Assembly: GCA_030390025.1 (NCBI GenBank)
Contig: CM059453.1
Coordinates: 6,448,001 to 6,512,000, forward strand
Length of the DNA: 64,000 bases
Source: Squalus acanthias
Taxonomy: Eukaryota
Reading direction: 5' to 3'
The notes beneath the pieces are model-generated. The model worked only from the letters and a program-made list of their open reading frames with translations, was not told the origin of the DNA and searched no databases. How positions within the stretch are numbered: the first letter of the stretch is position 1; each line of letters starts with the position of its first letter. The position numbers and the translations under genes are program-made. This document shows, piece by piece, positions 59,831 through 64,000 of the stretch.

Positions 59831-60667
59831 GACTGGAGGCGGTTGACGAAATCAAAATGACATAAATAGTTTTTATCACAGATATAAGTGATTTGGTTTC
59901 TGTGTTCGGTTCGCCGGTAATATATTATAGTTCGTAATGAATCGAATCAGAGTATTAGGAGGTCAGTAGTTCGCCACCCACCAATCATTGTGAACCGTGG
60001 TAGCTCACACAGCTTTCGCCACTCCTCAAATGTTGGTGATCTAAACTGCTGGAAATCTGGGACTCCTCAAATATAACAGTTTACATCAGTGTGTGGCCCG
60101 CTGTTGCAGGATATATGAGGCTGACCTACTGCTAAAGAACCCTGAGCAGAGATACATCCAGCCCCCTCATCATCTGCACAGTTACAGGACAGGCAGTGGC
60201 ACTTTAGATTGCAATATCTAAAATAGCCTTCTACATCAACTTTAGACGCCTCGACTCTCAACTCCCACACACTGAGCTATTTATCAGCCCTTGAACTGCG
60301 AGTGTTTGAAGCGTGAAGCTGTAGTTAGTCCTGTAGCCGTTGTCTGCAGACGTGTGGGTTGATCACCTTCATTAGTTCGGGGGCACAACACGTATCTGAA
60401 ATGTCAAAAGTTCAAGTGTTTCTCATAAAACGGTTTCAAGAGCGTAAACTTCCATTTGTATAAGTGACCTCAGCTGTTTATATTAACAGTCCAGCGAGCT
60501 AAAATCTGCTGAAATTAACTCATTGAGATCCTACTTGCTGCAATGACAGATTAATGAAGTTTCTGACTTTAGTGTTAGAACTCTGAGCAGTTACTTGAGC
60601 TTTTAGATTCGAGTCTCAGCGCTGCTGGAAAGAATGTGGATATGTTTATCTACGGGAACAAATCCCT

Positions 60668-61050
60668 GCGATGTGTTTTCAGACCCAGGTCTCAGCTTGG
60701 CTTCACTGACTAGTTTAGGGATGTGTTTTCAGACCCAGGTCTCAGCTTGGCTTTACTGACTAGTTTAGAGATGTGTTTTCACACCCAGGTCTCAGCTTGG
60801 ATTTACTGACTAGTTTAGGGTTGTGTGTTCAGACCCAGGTCTCAGCTTGGCTTTACTGACTAGTTTAGGGCATGTGTGTTCAGACCCAGGTCTCAGCTTG
60901 GCTTTACTGACTAGTTCAGGGATGTGTATACAGCCCCAGGTCTCAGCCTGGGTTTATTGACTAGTTTAGGGATGTGTGTTCAGACCCAGTCTCAGCCTGG
61001 GTATATTGACTAGTTTAGACATGTGTGTTCAGACCCAGGTCTCAGTTTGC
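60668..61050. repeat. 50-bp minisatellite, about 7.5 copies
   Basis: Repeating atgtgttttcagacccaggtctcagcttggctttactgactagtttaggg. Confidence 0.93.
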
Positions 61051-63789
61051 TTCAAAAATAAAATAAGCCATAATGTCTGGTCAATCCCAGAGTGGCGGTT
61101 GTTGCATTGCAAGCTGCTCAATGAAGCTCCACACCAGACCCAGTTTGCTTTGAGGCCGAAAGTTGAAATGATGCGTGGTCAACTTCTGGGCTCAGTTTGT
61201 CTTTAACGCTGACAGTTCATATGGTGCATGCACAGTTTCTCACAAGTTGTGGCTGCACCGATGTGAGTTTGTTTACAACGTGTGCCAGTATAACAGCACA
61301 GGGGAGATGTGAAGTGCTAGGTTCTATTCAGCGCCTCTGTAGTTGTGGTTAGTGCAGCACACAGCCCACTGTTATCTATGACGTTCTTCGGTGTGAATCA
61401 TTCTGGACAACTGAAACAGAATGAATGTATTTGCGGTTAGGCAACATCCGCCTACATTGTAAGCTGAATCTTCAAAGGACCTGTTGTGTGCTCAGCTCCA
61501 AGTTTAAACTGTAATTCAAATTGAGATCTCAAAACATCCATCTTCACAATATAGTGCATCTGAATCAAGGTGTCGTGGGTTCCAAGTCCCACTCCAGAGC
61601 CTTGACCGCAAAATCCATGTTGACATTCCCAGTGCACCACTGAGGGAGTGTTGCACTTGCGCAGAAGCTGCCTTGCAAATGAGACGGTAAACTGCTGCCT
61701 CTTTGGTGCCTAAAAAGATCGCAAGCAACTCCTTCTGAAAATGGGAGTGTGGTTCTCCCCGCTCTCCTGGGTCAGTATTTATCCCTCAATCAACTGCACC
61801 AAAACAGATTATCTGGTCGATATCACAAGGATGATTTTGGGGGACCGTGTTGTACGCTAAAATGGCTGCTGCGATTCCAAGATACAATAATTCAAATGTA
61901 CTTCATTGGTTGTAAAGAACAATTGGATGTCATGTGTTTGTGAATGATGATATGTAAATACAATGACATGAAGTATCCGCTCGAATGCGGCCCTTTTCGG
62001 CGCAATTCCCCTGAGATCGGCGTAGTTTTATAAACATCGCGCTAGAACTCGGCAGCTGGGGGGATTTATATTCAGTGCATTAAATAAATCTGGAATTAGA
62101 AAGCTAGCATCAGTAATGGTGAACATGAAACTACCAGATTGTTATAAAATCCCATCTCGTTCACTGATGTCCTTCAGGGAAGGAAATCTGCCGTTCTCAC
62201 GTGGTCTGTCCTCTATTTGACTCAAGACCGACAGCGATGGGATTGACTCTTACCTGCACGCTGAAAGGGTCTAGCAAATCACTCAGCTGTACCAAACCAC
62301 TGCGAAAATGTCAGCACTGTGGGAGTACCTTCACCACACGCACTGCAGCGGTTCAAGAAGTAGGGTCACCACCACCTTCTCAAGGGCAATTACGGGTGGG
62401 CAATACATTCCGGACTTGCCAGCCACGCCCACATCCCAGGAACGAATAAATAAATAAAACTAAAGAAGCAGGCCCAACCAAACTACTGGCCAAGCCCCCA
62501 GGATGAGTTTATCTCATTTGTAAGTTTCATCTAATTGTGCTCGTTTGCAGGCCCAAATTAACCTGGATTTTTTTGGCAACTAATATGGACATTTTGAAAG
62601 GTATTGACTGAAAATAAATAATCCTGAGGAAATGACTACTGCATCCCAATCTAACTAGAACATATTTTTTTCTATAATTTTTAAAGTAATTTTCAATTAT
62701 AATCGGGTTACTCACAGTTGGTGGCTTGGCACAGTGATTCAAAATTGTTCTTTCTTGTGAAATTCACATTTTCAGCTGTATTAATTAAACTTTACCAAGA
62801 TAACAGTCATAAATTTATGCACGCCTATTTTACGGTTTTTTTTTCAACAGCTTTACATTAGAATGTGCAATTCGCTACCGCAAGGAATAATTGAGGCGAG
62901 TTGCATAGATGCATTCAAGGAGAAGCTGGAACAAGATATGAGGGAGAAAGGAATAGAAGGTTATGCTGATTGAGTTAGATGAATTAGGGAGGGAGATGGT
63001 GCTTTTGGTGCATAAACATCGACATATACAACTGGGCCCAATGGCCTGCTTGTGTGCTGTCCATTCTATGCAATTCTATGTATCTGTAAAACGTCACGAA
63101 CACACAGAGACGCTAGAGGGAATCTCCCTACTATAGCAACACCATCACGAACGCAGAAAACATGTGCTTTGTATGAAAGGAAATGAATCCCAAGTTTGCT
63201 GATGGTACAAAGCTAGGTGGGACAGTAAGCTGTGAGGAGGACACGAAGATTGCAAACTGACACTGAAATTCAGCCATGGTTTTGTCCACTGTGTAAATTG
63301 GAAATAACTGTGTTAAGATTGCTTTCCTATATGTTAAGTTCATAAGAAATCAAAATAAGGAAATGTAAATGTACAATCCCCTGTACACAGCTCAGCACGG
63401 GTAGCTCAAGCTGAATTATTTAATGCAACTGAGATGTTTTGCGAAACAACTAGTTGCTCCTCTTCATACGATAGAGTGTTTAAATGACCAGGGAACAGTC
63501 CACCTTGAAAGCAGACGATTAATGACCTGACTTAATATATGTCTCCAGGTATAACTCCGAGAGCATGAACTGCACACTCGGATCTGTTCGCTTTTGTCTG
63601 ATATTTCAATTCAGTCTACAATCTGCTCTTTCAATTATCCCAAGTATTCTGCCTCAATTTTTAGAATTACCCGTGTTATCTTCTCAGAAGATCTCCTTGA
63701 CAACCGTCCCAGGGGCAATCTGAAATAGCTGTAAAATTTGTTTTTTGGTTAGCTTGGTGAACAAGTCGAGCTAAATGCTCAAAAGTAAC

Positions 63790-64000
63790 AAGTTCATAAG
63801 TTCATATGTATTAGGAGCAGGTGTAGGCCGTAAGGCCCCTCCAGCATATTCCACCATTCAGTAAGATCATGGCTGATCTTCGACCTCAACTCCACTTTCC
63901 CTCCCGATCTCCATACCCGTTGAGTCCCTTGATATCCAAAAATCTAGCTCAGCCTTGATTATAGGCAACAATTCGGCATCCACAGCGCTTTTGGGTAGAG
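63790..64000 (-). mobile_element. CR1 3' tail running off the window end
   Basis: ggagcaggtgtaggcc..agatcatggctgatc motif, as in the other CR1 tails. Confidence 0.75.

Overview
This is eukaryotic DNA, very probably from a cartilaginous fish (shark-type CR1 LINEs, DeuSINE/MER131-like SINEs, Penelope and Tx1 relics). The window holds a small cluster of Siglec/MAG-like immunoglobulin-superfamily receptor genes. (1) One apparently intact gene on + has 8 coding exons (22806-40846, 545 aa): signal peptide, V-set, three C2-type Ig domains, an uncharged TM segment and a tail with two ITIMs. (2) A convergently oriented pseudogene on - (53495-59830) carries stops and frameshifts and lacks the Ig4, TM and first cytoplasmic exons. 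(3) A third relic on + (about 16993-19050) retains the end of Ig3 and the Ig4 exon. Both V-set exons have Ile where Siglecs have the essential sialic-acid-binding Arg. The remainder comprises a 4.3-kb tandem duplication, a pol-less LTR retrotransposon with two divergent gag segments, a near-full-length CR1 with a nested CR1, Penelope relics with minimal hammerhead-ribozyme motifs, MITEs, minisatellites and two N-runs. Exon coordinates were derived by hand from splice signals and reading-frame continuity. Repeat boundaries are approximate and family names come from motif recognition, not database searches.
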